From Azolla caroliniana (taxonomy: Eukaryota > Plantae > Polypodiophyta), in the NCBI GenBank assembly GCA_043228905.1, contig JBHGNT010000009.1:21576001-21640000 (forward strand): a stretch of 64,000 nt of DNA, given 5' to 3'. A program made the translations under genes and the position numbers. Shown in pieces: positions 26,591 to 40,300 of this stretch. The notes below the pieces were generated by a model. It had not been told where the DNA came from. It saw only the letters and a program-made list of their open reading frames with translations, and searched no databases. How positions within the stretch are numbered: the first letter of the stretch is position 1; every line of letters begins with the position of its first letter.

Positions 26591-29188
26591 ATGAATATGT
26601 GGATAAGCTCCCTTTCCTTGCTGGCTCTGAACTTCTCCTTTGCTTTTTTTTTTTGCTTTTCCTTCAATAAATAAATAAATAAATAATACACATGTATATA
26701 AAAATTACAAGGGGTGCCCCCACACAAATATATATATATATATATGTATATATGTATATATGAAAACCATCATCATCCACCTTGTATTGTCTTCTTCTTC
26801 TTCTTCTTCTTTACAAATGTAATGCTATTCCTATCATTTAAAGCAATATATATTATGTGATGTGGTGTTGTTGCTCCATTGGACACCCTTGAGGGCCTTA
26901 GTCACACATAACATTATTTATATATATATATATATATAGATATATATATAGATACATATATATATATATATATATAATGTTTGCTTCCTTTCTTGTTTGT
27001 TTCCTTGGAGGATTGAGATCCTACTCACTCCCTCCCTCACTTCTTTTTGGGTTTTTTTAAATTTCTCTAGCCTTCTTCTTTTCTGGGTTTGTTTTAGGCC
27101 AGCGACTCGCTCACTCGGGACAACGATTCCCTTCGAAACGTTGCTATCCTTGCAAGCGAAAAAAAATTTAGATTCGGTTCTTTTCACATCGTCACTCTCA
27201 AACCCCTCTCCCCACAACTCTTTTCCCATCTCCTTTTCTCGGTGTCCATATTGGATTCCAAATTTGCAGTTTCCCATAAACTATGTATATGTATACACTA
27301 TATCATGATTAATGGATATCGATCGACGACGACAAAAGTTTATGATCGCTCGACCACAAAGAATATGACTACACAAATGCCAGATCGCATCGTTTTACAC
27401 CCTTTTTTCCTATCTCTGGGACACACAAGAATGTGGTTTGTTTAACATGTCGTCCATCTATATATACACATGTCAAAAAAGACACGCCACCCATGCCTAC
27501 AAAATTGATGTTATTTCATTTCGAACTCCGACGCATTGTGTGTTGTAGTTGTCGTACTAACCGAACATTTCAGTGCCCATCATGAGGTAAAAGCAATGGT
27601 GGAAATCAAAATGGTGCTCTTGTTATTAGAATTTATGTGTCTTCTAGCTTTGTGATCGGTCACATTGCAGCACATCCTCTTGTGATGTTTGGTCACAACT
27701 TGCATGCACCATTGTGTTTTTCTTTCTTTCTTCATGCTTTTGTGTAGTGTGGGAATGCTCCTTAATAAAGCTACGTTGTTTCCCCTTCTTGTTATCCAAC
27801 GTTAACATGTACATTCTTAAAAGCCTTTGCAACGATACAATGCATCTAGGAAACAAAAAATAGATCTTGAATGACCATTGGATACTACATGGCTATTTGC
27901 CTTTCCTGCATTGAAATACGCGATGCTCAAATTTCACATAAAAACAATGATAATAGTAAAAATAATAATATTGTGAAGCACGATGGGTTTTATTTGAATG
28001 ATTTTGAATATTGAAGCCCATGGTTCACTGACAGGTGTCCAGTCATTTAACAACACATAATGTGAGTGTTTTTTGCTTTTCCAAAAAGGAGCCTTTCGAA
28101 TTACCTCGAGTGCTCAAGTTGATATTGCTAACAGTATTGTGTCGCGATGGTAAAAATTTCAAGTTTGTCCTTATGAGTTCATTAAGCATTGTTAAAGCTT
28201 GTAAGCCCACAATCCAACTTTTAGTGGGTTCGTCCTTGATACTTGTGCGTAAAAGCTCATATGGGCACACACTAAAGCACACACACAGAAACAACTGGAA
28301 AAGCAAATGCAACTCTGGCCCATGTGTGATCAATGATGCCAAGGGGGCAAAGGGGGGGGAAAGTGGAATCAACTTTTTTTTTGTCACAACTTACAACACA
28401 TAAGAGAATGATGGTTAAGAATTTGGTTGCAAAAATGAAAAAAAAAACAAACAAACAAACATTATTAAATATAAACATCTCCAAACCACCACATGTTAGT
28501 GAAACACTATTCATGATGTGAGAACAAGGTGATTATTATTATTAGCCTTGATTGATATTAGACACATACACAAATATATGTATATATTCTCTATAGCAAC
28601 TTATATGAAGGAATTATTTAAGCATGATGAACCATTGACTCTTCAAGAATCGTAGATTATCAAAAGAAAAGGAATGGGGGGTGGGGGGAACAAACCATGC
28701 TTGTGTACACCGGCTATTATGCCAACCCAAACCGCCCAAGGTCCTACCATCCCCCTGCCTTCTATGTCAGTGATTGTCCCTTTCTTTGTCTTGGAGTTTC
28801 CCCTTTTTGCTTATGTCTCACTCTTCCTTAGGCTTCAATTTCTTATACTAGGTGTGCATAACATAATTCTAATCATTTTCTCCCTACCACCTTCCTTAAG
28901 GATTGAAATTAGATTTTTTGTGTCCAATTTGCAAAAGCGTTCCAAAAATAGTTCTGGGCTTTCTCTCAACCTATCTTGGTTGGGTTTGAGATTTGAAATC
29001 TCAGAGGGGCGGTGTCACAAACCTTGGTCCACAGTGTTCTCTCATCGCATACCATCTATTATTTTGAGGCCTCATGAAGAAAGGAAGGTGTAGTGTATTA
29101 TTATTATGTGCAAATAGGCATTTCCAAAACCCTTGGCCCTATCCAAATTAATTTGTGAGATGTACCATAGGTAGCTCAAGTTTTCAAT

Positions 29189-29604
29189 CATAGTTGTTAA
29201 AAAACGCGCATTCTACGTTTAGAGTACGTTTTAGAATACTCTGAAGTATTCTACACATATTCTACGTTTTAGAACTACCGTTTTTTAAAATTTGACGTAT
29301 TCTACGTATTCTAAAATTTTGATGTATTCTTCGTATTTAACAAGTATTTATCATTTCAAAAAATATTTTCTTTTTTTTGAAAAAAAAACTTTAAAATTTA
29401 AGAAGTATTTAACGTATTTTACAAGTATTCTAAGTATTCTACATGTATTCTAAGTATTCTACACATATTCTAAGTATTCTACATGTACTCTAAGTATTTA
29501 ACGTATGTAATGTACTTTATCTATAAAATACGTATTCTAAGTATTAAAAAAAAATGTTAAAATACTTAGAATACGTATTTTATGCTAAGTATTTTACAAC
29601 AATG
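29189..29604. mobile_element. hAT-type MITE
   Basis: Termini CATAGTTG.../...CAACAATG. Perfect 8-bp TSD TTTTCAAT at 29181-29188 and 29605-29612. Internal TATTCTA(A/C) repeats. Confidence 0.85.
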
Positions 29605-32104
29605 TTTTCAATTCATCTACTGTGCTATGTATATGATCGAGAGCTCTCATGAACCATGCATGAAGTTGTTTGTGATAAATGCAAAGGAAACAAAACTTTT
29701 GGATTTTATTTATAGACATGTACTATTAACATTGCCAATCAACTCAATTATAGACAATGCGGATATGGACAAACTCGCATGTATGAAAAAACATTGTGGA
29801 AGGGTTACTGAATTTGATTTACTTCTTTAATTCAACCCCCATGATAGAATACGTTAATGAGGCAAGGGAGGCCATTTGGAAGGTTCTTATTATTGATGGA
29901 GCTAGGATCTTGTCATGGAACAAACAATCTATGGCAATTCCCTTATGTAGGATGAGAGTCTATGGAATGCCAACATGATGTGATGAATGTGACAAACCAA
30001 CATGTCAGCTCATAGTACATCCGCATGTGAACATTTAATGTCATCTTGACATAGCATCAAACAAAATGATTGTCATTTGTTAGCCCTGTTAATTTGTTGG
30101 TGATTGGCAATGTAGAATTGAGTGGACCAATTTTCATTATGGATGACTCATGAGTATGACTATCATTAGCATTACATGTAACAACCTTATTTATGAATAT
30201 CAATTAAACTAAAAAAACAAGTGTAGTTAACTAAACATAGCTTTCTATTCACCCCAATCTTGTTTTTATAGATACATAGGATTCTAGGAACATAATTTAA
30301 TATGGATTGAAGAACATGTGTGACTCTAATCTATTGAGGATAAACATGGTTGCCCTTCAATTGATCTACTAATGCGAGGTGGGGTATGCTCTTCAAACAT
30401 CTTAAAGTTATTTTATGTTGGCCCACATCCCACTTTGCGGAAATTTGTTTTTCACCACTTCAACTTGGATCATGTGCACATGTGACACCCATTGCTTTGT
30501 AATTATATAAAATAGCGTATCAGAAATATATATAATATTGATTCCCATTTTTTATGGGTGCACATACACACGTATGCAACAAAACCCTCATATACATGTC
30601 TATACTATATAAGTGTTGAGGGGTTCATTTTGTAGATAGCGAATTCCCATGAATATGCATGAAGTTTTGTTATACAATGGTTGTGACACATGCATTGTTT
30701 GATAAAAAGTTAAGGAAAACTAGCATTAAGTGCATGTTGAGGACACGGTCCAAAACACTGAGCAAATAGTTTAGTGTTCTAGTTGAACTCCAAAGAATAT
30801 GAAGAGTTCTAGTTTATACTTCATTTCTTAGTTCTTTATTGTTTTCGACTAAAATAATCCTCTTACTTTAATCAAGATTCATTCAATATAATTTGCTAAT
30901 GTATCAAGATTCACCACTGTATTTTTGGGAAAAAAAAATAAAAAATCACCACTGTAAGTCTTAATTTAAAACTAGTAATGCCTTGTTAAGACAATGTTCC
31001 ATTCTTTTCAATAATATCCCTTCTACATTTATTGTAGGTGATTCTTCTTCATCCATGGGATCATTTCTATTTACTATTCTCTCCTTCTTTAGAGCATACC
31101 CATGTCGACAAGTCTGAACATCTCAACCATCTTAATTGTTCTCTTGTTATTCTAACCTAGAAGGGTCAATTTTAATACACTGTCAATGATATATGTATGC
31201 TCTTATATGAAAATGATCGAACTGACATCATCGAACGTCATATAATCTATCCAACTCAAAGAAAAATGATGGGATGATATGAGTTGTGAGTTGTGAGTTG
31301 TGAGGAGAGAAAAATTAAAAACAAACAAATAAGTCATTGTCATTTTTATTATACCTATACATATAAAGACACCTCACATTAGATTCAAACTCACCCAACA
31401 AAAACGGGTTACGAATGTATCTGGCAAGACTTTACTCTAATTTGAAATACTTATATTGCTTTATAGGTTACGAAAACCGTTATTGGTGGGAATTACTACT
31501 TAGTTGTCTATTGGTTTGATTTTCAGTGCATAACCATTTCTGCATATTATTATTGCTGTGAGGAGTTCGAAAACTATATTTGTTCAGAAATGAATTATTT
31601 TCCATCTCTTGCAATATGTTGTAGTGTCATCCACATATGGTACACAATAAATTAGTGTCAATCTAACCCTCGATAACAAGGACTACACTACAAAGGTCCA
31701 CATGGATCACTAGTAATCAATATGGCTAGGAGGGATGATGTTGGTATTTGAAAGACATGCTAGTATTGATTGAACATCCATTACTATGTTGAGATAACCC
31801 TTCAACATATGTCTTTGTATTTCCACCGACGTAAAATTCTCTTCCATTCATAATGGGGCAAAAATAAATAGAGATTGCATTTCAAAGGAGTAAAATTTAA
31901 AACTATAGGGCTATCTTACAACTATAGTTCAACCAAATTGGCTATGCATATCATTCAAAATATATATTCATTTTCCAAAGATCAAGTTGTGACAGAATTA
32001 GTCAGTCCAATAACACTATGAACTATCTAGAAACAACATTTTAGGTGGGTCTTCTCCAATCAAACCATGCACTAGGCAACATTATTGCAAGAGAAAGGGA
32101 GTGA

Positions 32105-32330
32105 AGTAGTCGCCACGCTAAAGAGCCAATATGATGGCATCAAGGGCGGATCTGACGGAGTCGAAAGACAACAATTAGTCTTCATCCAACAATGGATGTC
32201 TTCTCCCTTTCTCGAGTTACTGGGCCTCCACATAAGATGGAACTATCGAGTCCCTTTTGTGGTTTGTATATAACATTCACAACTGTAAACTTTGATAACA
32301 AAAGAAAGGAGTTTGTTTTTGGAAAAAAAT
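32105..32330 (+). mobile_element. Short LINE 3'-end fragment
   Basis: Encodes TLKSQYDGI...IRWNYRVP, homologous to the ORF2 C-termini of the other LINEs. Ends in an A-rich tail. Confidence 0.65.
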
Positions 32331-32528
32331 AAATATATATATAAATATATATGTATGTATGTATATGTATATACATTCATTTTACTATTTTTGAATATGC
32401 ATAACAGTTTGTACTATGTACTTTACATAAGAATATATAAGGGTAAAAAAATGGGAATATTATTGCACACATAATAATGAAAGGATCACATAGAGTTTAT
32501 AGGCTAAAAGTTTACCATTAAGCATTAT

Positions 32529-33265
32529 ATCTTGAAATAAGATGCATGTAGTGGTGTAATTAAATTCTTGTTTCGTTTAGGGTTTACACTGTAAGATGAT
32601 AAACACATATTGGTGGTTGAATATCTATGAGGACATTTTTGTTGTACATATTGGTGTAAAGACACTCTACCTAACTAATTGGAAGTATCTTTAAAAAAAA
32701 ATGTTCTTGTTTTGTAACTTGAAGCATGGGGGTTCAAGTCTAAGGCGATCATTATAGATTTGTAACATTAAGGTTGCAGGTTCAAGTCTAAGATGATCGA
32801 TACTCTAATTGGTAGTTAACACTTTTCAATTTATAAAATGGCTTTACATATTCATTGCATTCATCTTAAGTTAAATGCTTTAGCTCTAAACTAATACTTT
32901 TCTCCTAAAAACATGGCTTTACACGACATTCATTGCTTTTCATTTTGAGACATTATCTCTTGAAATAAGATGCATGTAGCGGTGTAATTAAGTTCTTATT
33001 TTATAACTTGAAGCATGCAATTGTTATATATTTATAACTTTAAGGTTGTAGGTTCAAGACTAAGGTAATTGATACTCTAATTGGTAGCTAACACTTTTCA
33101 CTTTATAAAATGGCTTTACATATTCATTGCATTCATCTTTAGATATATGCATTAACTCTAAACTAATACTTTTCTCCTAAAAACATGGCTTTACATCAAT
33201 TACTAGCATTTGTCCTTAAGAAAATGGCTTTACACGAAGTTCACTACTCTTCATTTTGTGACACT
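32529..33265. repeat. Degenerate tandem duplication
   Basis: cttgaaataagatgcatgtag and gatactctaattggtag...ctcctaaaaacatggctttac each occur twice. Confidence 0.75.
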
Positions 33266-33315
33266 TAGATCATCGTATAATTATTGACCAACATTTTCTC
33301 CGAAATAATGGCTTT

Positions 33316-35114
33316 GAGGATAACCTTGCCTGATGGATCTAGTTAGAGAGATTCTAGCTCCTTTCCTCCTTGCACAACACCTTACTTGAGCCATTCCTAT
33401 ATAAGGGTTGAGCAACACACCTCCATTCCCACGGTAGCTCAATCACCTTCATCACTTCTTCAAGGAAATACCATTGCACTCGATCATAGGCTTTCTCGAA
33501 GTCAAGCATAAGACAAGCTAAGTTTTGCTTGGTCTCCCTCGCCGTCGCAACAGCCTCCCAAAACAATATCACGTTATCCATTGGTTTGAATGATATCTCC
33601 TCGAAAAGACTTGACTCTCTGCACTATTATGTTAGCAAATTTTTTATAAATAAGATTTAAAATGGTGATGGGCCTCCACTGTCTAATCTCGTGCGACACC
33701 TTCTCCAATTTAGGAAATGGTCAGGCCCCCTTTCTATTCCTCTTTATTACTGAAGCAATGTATGCCTTTTTGAATAGTTAGGCGGCAAATTTACATGGTC
33801 TTTCAATCCCTAACACAAGGAAGTCCTTGCTTGACTCGGAGTTCGTGGACGATACGATGCTATACCTCCAAGGTAATAAAGCGAATCTGAGGAGGGCTCA
33901 GATTGCTATCGATCTCTTTTGCAAAGCATTGGGAGCCGCCATCAATTGGAATAAGTCCAAAGGTTTCTGGATTAGCCCGGAGGCAGAGCCGATATGGAAA
34001 CCAAATGTTGAATTCAGATGGATTGCAAAAGGGGAAGACACTAGATATCTGGGAATGTGGATTGGTGTAGATATCGACAAAAGAGTACAGTTGCAACAAA
34101 TTCAAAGTAAAAATTGTGACAAAATCCGCATCTGGTCAAGGATGAATTTATAATTAGCTAGCGGGATCATAGTAGCTAACCATGTGCTCTTGTCTACGAT
34201 GTGGCATGTGGTCTTAGTGTGGATGTTTGACAGACATGCTATTCGTATTGTTAAAGCGTGTATTAGGGGCTTTCTATAGGCTGGGAATAGGAAAGACAAC
34301 GTGGAAACTAAAGTATCATGGTCTACGTTGATTCTTCCCAAAAGTAAGGGGGGTTTAGGATTGATTGACCCTAGAGTACTACAGAGTCAATCATTGCTAT
34401 GTAAGGTATTGGTAAGGAGCTTGCTGCCTGGAAATGAGTTATGGGAAATTTTGTTTTTTAATAGGAGTATCCTTTGGAGTCCACGATGTGGTGGGCATTG
34501 GAAACCACATAAATCATGGCTAGTTTGTATGGACTGAAAGCTTAGGAAATCGAATTGGTTGGCTGATCGCACATGTATGTCAGTGATGAAGGCGTGGGGT
34601 ATGCTCCGTGGGCATCTTAGCCGTATAGGTCCAAGTACTAATGCTGAATGGATGCACCAACCCCTATTGTGGAACGAGACCTTAAAGTTGACCGAGGGAA
34701 AGATGCTTGGCCAGAGCAAGGGTATGCCGTGGGCTATATTGCATGGTGTTGGGATTCATTCAATGGAAAATTGGATGCAGTTGTCCCCCAGTAATCGGGA
34801 TAAATTATATGAAGACGCGGAAAAGTTTAGAAATGGTAGGAAGATGCTTGACCTAGTCGATAAAGTTGTTTACTTTGTTCCTATTAGTAATGGGGAAGAG
34901 GGTGAATGGTTCAGACAATGTGATGATGCCGGAAAAGTTATCACTGCCATGGGTCTGGGAAAGAATGGGAAGATAATCCAGTTGGGATCAGTAGTTGTAG
35001 GTGCTCGTTGGTCCCCGATTAGAATTGTGGCACGAGACGGTAAGAAATGGAAGGTGAATCTAGCAGTTGATGAGGTTGAGGATGATTGGATCTTGTATGT
35101 AGTTGAAGGCAAGC
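33316..35114 (+). mobile_element. L1-type LINE RT region with an inverted 5' segment (33316-33720 antisense), interrupted by a Gypsy LTR
   Basis: Minus part: WRPITILN, LDFEKAYDRVQW, SIRQGYP. Plus part: APFLF, FVDD, INWNKS, RYLG, KSKGGLGL. Confidence 0.88.
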
Positions 35115-37063
35115 TGTCGTGACTCATGAGAGAGGGAGAGAGATAAGACAGGAAATGGAGAGGATATTATATTATGAGAAAATAAGGTTACAAAGAGTAG
35201 GCCAAGGGCTAAAGACTGGTATTGAACCGAATGAGTTGTGATGAATGTATAAACACCTATTTATAGATCCTTATGGAGTATTCTAGAATGTTCTAGAATA
35301 TTTTAGATATTTATGATAATAGTTATAATCATGAAATATTCAAGAATGTTCTAGAATATTCCAAATATCTTGTAATAACTAAAAATATAATTATTATAAT
35401 TACACATCATATATGTTATTACGATGGTTAAAGGTTCAACACATAGGCCAAGAAGTTGTGGGTTCGACTCTTGATAAGCCAAAATGTATGTCTTCATGAC
35501 ATTATCCCCCCTCTTTGACGACAAGTTCCACGAGTCGAAAGACAAGAGTTCCGACTTGGTTTATGGGGATATTTGTGTTGTGAAATGTAGCAACCATGTC
35601 GGAAGCATTAGCAAGATGCTCGGTAGGCTCCCATGTTCGATCATTAGGTGTATAAGCTAACCAATCAACCAAATAAAATAGTTTGTTGCGAATGATCTTG
35701 GAGTCCAGAATGCCATCAACCTCATATTTAGAGTCATTGGAAACATCGATTGGAGGTGGGGTTAGTGTAAGACGACCCAAAATAGAGCTTGGTGTGTAGG
35801 GCTCCAAAAGTGAAACATGGAAGACCGGGTGAAGACGCATATAAAGAGGAAGATCAAGGTGAAATGTCACATAATTGATATTACAATTACCAGAGACACA
35901 TATGGGCCGAAACGTTGATAATCCAATTTGTAGCAAGGTCAGGTGGCTTTAATGCTACCTTGTAAGAGCCATACTTGATCGCCTACTTGAAACGTAGTCG
36001 ATGAATTACGCCGATGACGATCAACAATCTTCGTGTAAGTGGTTTGAGCATCTGAACATAAATGGTGTAAAAGTATATCTTGAACTTCTTGGAGTCGGGT
36101 GAGCCGATCTTTAGTAGTCGGGTTTTTCGGAAGTTCACGATGTTCAAGCATTGTCCAACGAGGATGGTACCTAATGTTCGCAAAAAATGGGGAATATCCA
36201 ATAGAAGAATGTTCAGAGTTTCTGTAAGTAAATTCCGCCAAATGTAATCGATCAACCCAATCATCTTGTTGATAGTTGACAAAACAACGAAGATATTGTT
36301 CGACTACTTGGTTGGTGTGCTCACTCTGCCCATTAGTCTCTGGATGGTAGTTGGAAGAGAGTTTATTAGAAGTGTGTAAGAGTTTAAACATGTGCCACCA
36401 AAATTTTGAGATGAATTGGGAACCCCGATCACTAATAATATCATCTGGAAGACCGTGATGGTGAAACACCTCCCGCATGAGTAAATCGACTGTCTCTTGG
36501 CTAGTAATGGTCTTCATGCATAGAAGGAAATGTGCCATCTTCGTAAAACGATCTACTACCGTGAGAATAGAATCAAAACCCTGGAAGGTGGAAGATCCAT
36601 AATAAAGTTCAAGGAAATAGATTTCCATGGGCTATCAAGAATAGGCATTGGCTGTAATAAGCCATATGGATGATGTCAAGGCTTTTTTGATTGGCAACAT
36701 GTATCACAACTACGAACATAATCCGTAACAAAATGGTGAAGCTGTGGCCACCAATATCGGTGAGAAATCAACTCAAAAGTCTTGTAGATGCCGAAATGCC
36801 AGGCCATTGGTGTGTCATGGCATTGTTGCACGACTTCGAGTCGAGAAGGACCATTCAACACATATAAGAGAGTTTGTCGAAAAAGTAAACCATCATGCCA
36901 ACTGAATTGGGTGTAGTCTAGACGAGGATTTTGAGATTGGGATCTGGGAGCACGTAATGGGATAATATGGTTCAAAATCTCTTGGGCGAATGCATCGGTC
37001 GCAATATGCTCCCGAATGGAATCAAGAAGAATTGAATCTCCTAGTGTGTTGATAGTATTCATT
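35115..37063 (-). mobile_element. Chromovirus Gypsy copy 1, 3' part (3' LTR 35115-35501, PPT, chromodomain, integrase)
   Basis: TGTC...GACA LTR related to 46317-46772. Integrase HDTP..H/CDTC, ISDRGSQF, YHPETNGQSE. Chromodomain YEVDGILDSK..YLVDW. Cut at 37063 by a Copia LTR. Confidence 0.92.
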
Positions 37064-37366
37064 TGTGAATGTGAACGTGCAGAAGCATTAGACAGAACTA
37101 GCTCAACCGGATAGCAACAGAGAATAAGATGAAGGTTTAATGGAGAAGCTTAATACACAGAGAGTATACGCGGGAGAGAAAGAGAGAGCAAAACATTTAA
37201 TGTATATTAAAAAATAACACTCTGTAAAGAACTTTGTACATACAACGTGCTAAACAACACTATTTATACAAGTCCTCAAAAGGACTGACAGAAGTACTAT
37301 GTACTTCAATGCACATACGAGCGATTGACATTAACTACGAGATAATGATTACCTAGTAGTCTAGGC

Positions 37367-40300
37367 CAATGTTGGGCAAAGTTTGTAGCCCCTACCGGAA
37401 ATTTTCCTGCTTCTCATGTTGGCCGGCCACGTTCCTACCAACAACAATGTCAACCGGAACATGTTGAATTTTTTTTTGCCCGCATAACCAAAAAAAAATC
37501 TAATGCAATACCAAATCAAATCAATTACAAAATTTTGGAACCCAAAAACTAAAGATATATATTTTCCAAAAAAAATTCTAACTTTATAAACATATTTCAC
37601 TTTTCAAACCTTTGTAAAGTAGCATTAACAACATATTAGATCAAATTAGATGTAATATATAGAAAGTTCCAAAACAAAATCGATCACATTTATAAATTTT
37701 TAATCTATATCTTCTATGAAGTCCTCGATCTCATCATCATGCTCATGAGAAGTTCTTGTATAAATATGACGATATGCCTTGCTTTCTCGCCACAACAAAA
37801 TGCTAGCATTGAAGTCATGTTCTTCTAGTTCAGGTCCTTCAATAGAGATTTGTATCAATGCATCAATCGCATTGTTTTTCAGCCTATTTCTAAACTTATT
37901 TTTTATTAGATTTAGGCGACTAAAGCCTCTCTCACACGCTGCTGTAGAAGAACATTGGATTAAACCTATCAATGCAATCTTTAGAAGTTTGGGTAGCTTT
38001 TCTTTCCACACATCATTACAATTTATCATACCCCAAACATCTAAGAAATCTCTTCCAAGCCATTCCGTGGTAGCTTGCCTTTTGAAAATTGCATATTCAT
38101 CATACAATTTATCATTATCAATTATGGGAGAAAACGCTCTCCCATCTACCATTTTTTGAATGCCATAAAAATTTCCAAGTGTTTTCAACTCATTAAGACC
38201 CATAGTTTTTCGTGCTAAAATGCTTGTAGATCCGACAGACATGTTCATTGGTGATAACATTTTCAATGCGCAAAGAGTTACCAGATCTTGAAGTCTCTTT
38301 TTTATTGTCTCTATTAATGCCTTAGAAAACAAAGTTTGGAATTGTATGGCTTCAATCAAGTCCTCACCATCAATACATCTATCCATGAGGATGCTTTTAT
38401 ACATATTACCTTTAATAGCATCTCTTAAAACTGAAAGCATTCCTTTTTCTCTACCATATTCTGGAATAATTGGATAACTATAGCTATCCTTCTCAAAACC
38501 ATTTAGATCCATCATAACATGATGGAGAAATTGTTCTTCGATCTCCCCAATGGCTATCATAGCCAAACCTCCAATGCATGTCACATCCACATATTCCTTT
38601 TGGAATTCCATACTTAACGTTGACATGCTCTTAAGTACATCTGCAAGAAAGTGAAGCATATACACTACTTTGAAGTTTCTTAAACTTACGAATACATTGT
38701 ATGCATCACTTTGCGATTGTAAAGTCTTCATCAAGGGTTCATACACATCACATACCCTCATGATAGCACCATGCCGACTAAGCCATCGTGTTTTCACAAT
38801 CCCAAGAATATGCAAATGTGTGTATTCTAGTGCATCTTGCATCTTAGTTAATTCACCTTGGCGCAATGAGCTCCTCGAGAAATGTGCAACCACCCGATTC
38901 ACAAGGGCATCTAATTGCTTACATGTTTCTTTGACTTCAATGTTCTTTGAAGCCTCTTGCACACACAAGTTTGTTCGATGTGCACAACAATGTAAGGAAG
39001 TCATAAATGGGTTATATGACTTCAATCTTGTAGCAACACCTGTAGACATACCTACCATAACAGATGCTCCATCACTTCCGAATCCCATCATTTTTCTAAC
39101 ATCTAAGTTCCACTTTTTTAATAATGCTAAAATGCTTTCTGTTATTGTGTTTGATGTACCATCCTCTACTTCAAGTAACCCCAAATAAGAGGTTCTTACT
39201 TGCCTTCCTTCCACAAATGTAGCATAAAGAATCAAGTTCTTGGTTACGCTTACATCAGTAGCTTCATCTACCATAAGCCCAAACCAATGACTTTTCCTCA
39301 ACCTATCATAGATCTCAGCTTTAAGAGCCTTGCTAATGTGCAAGATAAAGCTTGCACAAGCCTTATTATCGTTATACATTCGTGGAAGGCCTTCCACACC
39401 ACATTCTCTTAACAATCGTAAGAGGCTTTCCAATTTTCTAAATGCTAAATCCTCTTTAGCTATAAAATATGCACATTTAAACAATTTTTCAATTGCTACA
39501 TCCACACTTGCTTTTTTTTTTTGATGCACATTTTTCAAGACCATTCTTGTCACGTTCTTGTAACAAAATGGCATCTCGATGGGCCACACTTCTTGCATGT
39601 TCTTCTAATGCGAAAGTCTTAAAGTTTTTGGCACCTGTTTTGCCAAATGAAGACTTACTATGAGGATCACTCCTACAATAACTACACCATAAAAGACCAG
39701 TTTCTAAATCCTCTTGAAGCCACTTAAATTTAGTAAGCCAATCTTCTTGAAATTTTAGTTTGGCCTTACTAATTCTATTCATCTCATGAAGTAATTCTTC
39801 AGAGTGTTGATGGTCCTTTATAGGCTCTTCTAGAGACACATCTTCTTTAGATGGCAAGTTTTTCCTAAAGCCGGGCATTGTAAAGAGGCTAATTTGCTTT
39901 CCTTTGCCTTTCATATTCTTGTTTTGGGACATACTGTAAGTCTGTAACAATAATGCAAAGAATGTTTGACTAACATAATATATGGATTCTATTTACAAGA
40001 AGGCGAAACCTACATACACAATCCATGTTTCCAAAAAGAAAAAACAAATTAAGATACCTAGGATATTTGAAGTTTCCGAGGCAATAAAGGATCAATTTTC
40101 CACTATGGACCTTCCAATCTATCAGAAAATAAAGAAGAAAGAGGATGGCTCACATTAGCTTACCCACATTAAATAAGCTCTAGTTTAGAACACTGAGATT
40201 TTGAGATACACTTTAGAGATCACAAAAACTTAAGATATAAATTAGAATTGAACCAATTAGAACTTAGTGATATTCCAAAGTGAACCAATAGCATGTAGTG

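Noticed and set aside
35415-35480. Functional tRNA gene
   Set aside because: No acceptor or anticodon stem could be folded. Kept only as a promoter-like relic.
37779-39524. Plus-strand ORFs over the transposase, and similar ORFs over the LINE/LTR pol regions
   Set aside because: Antisense shadows of the real coding strand.
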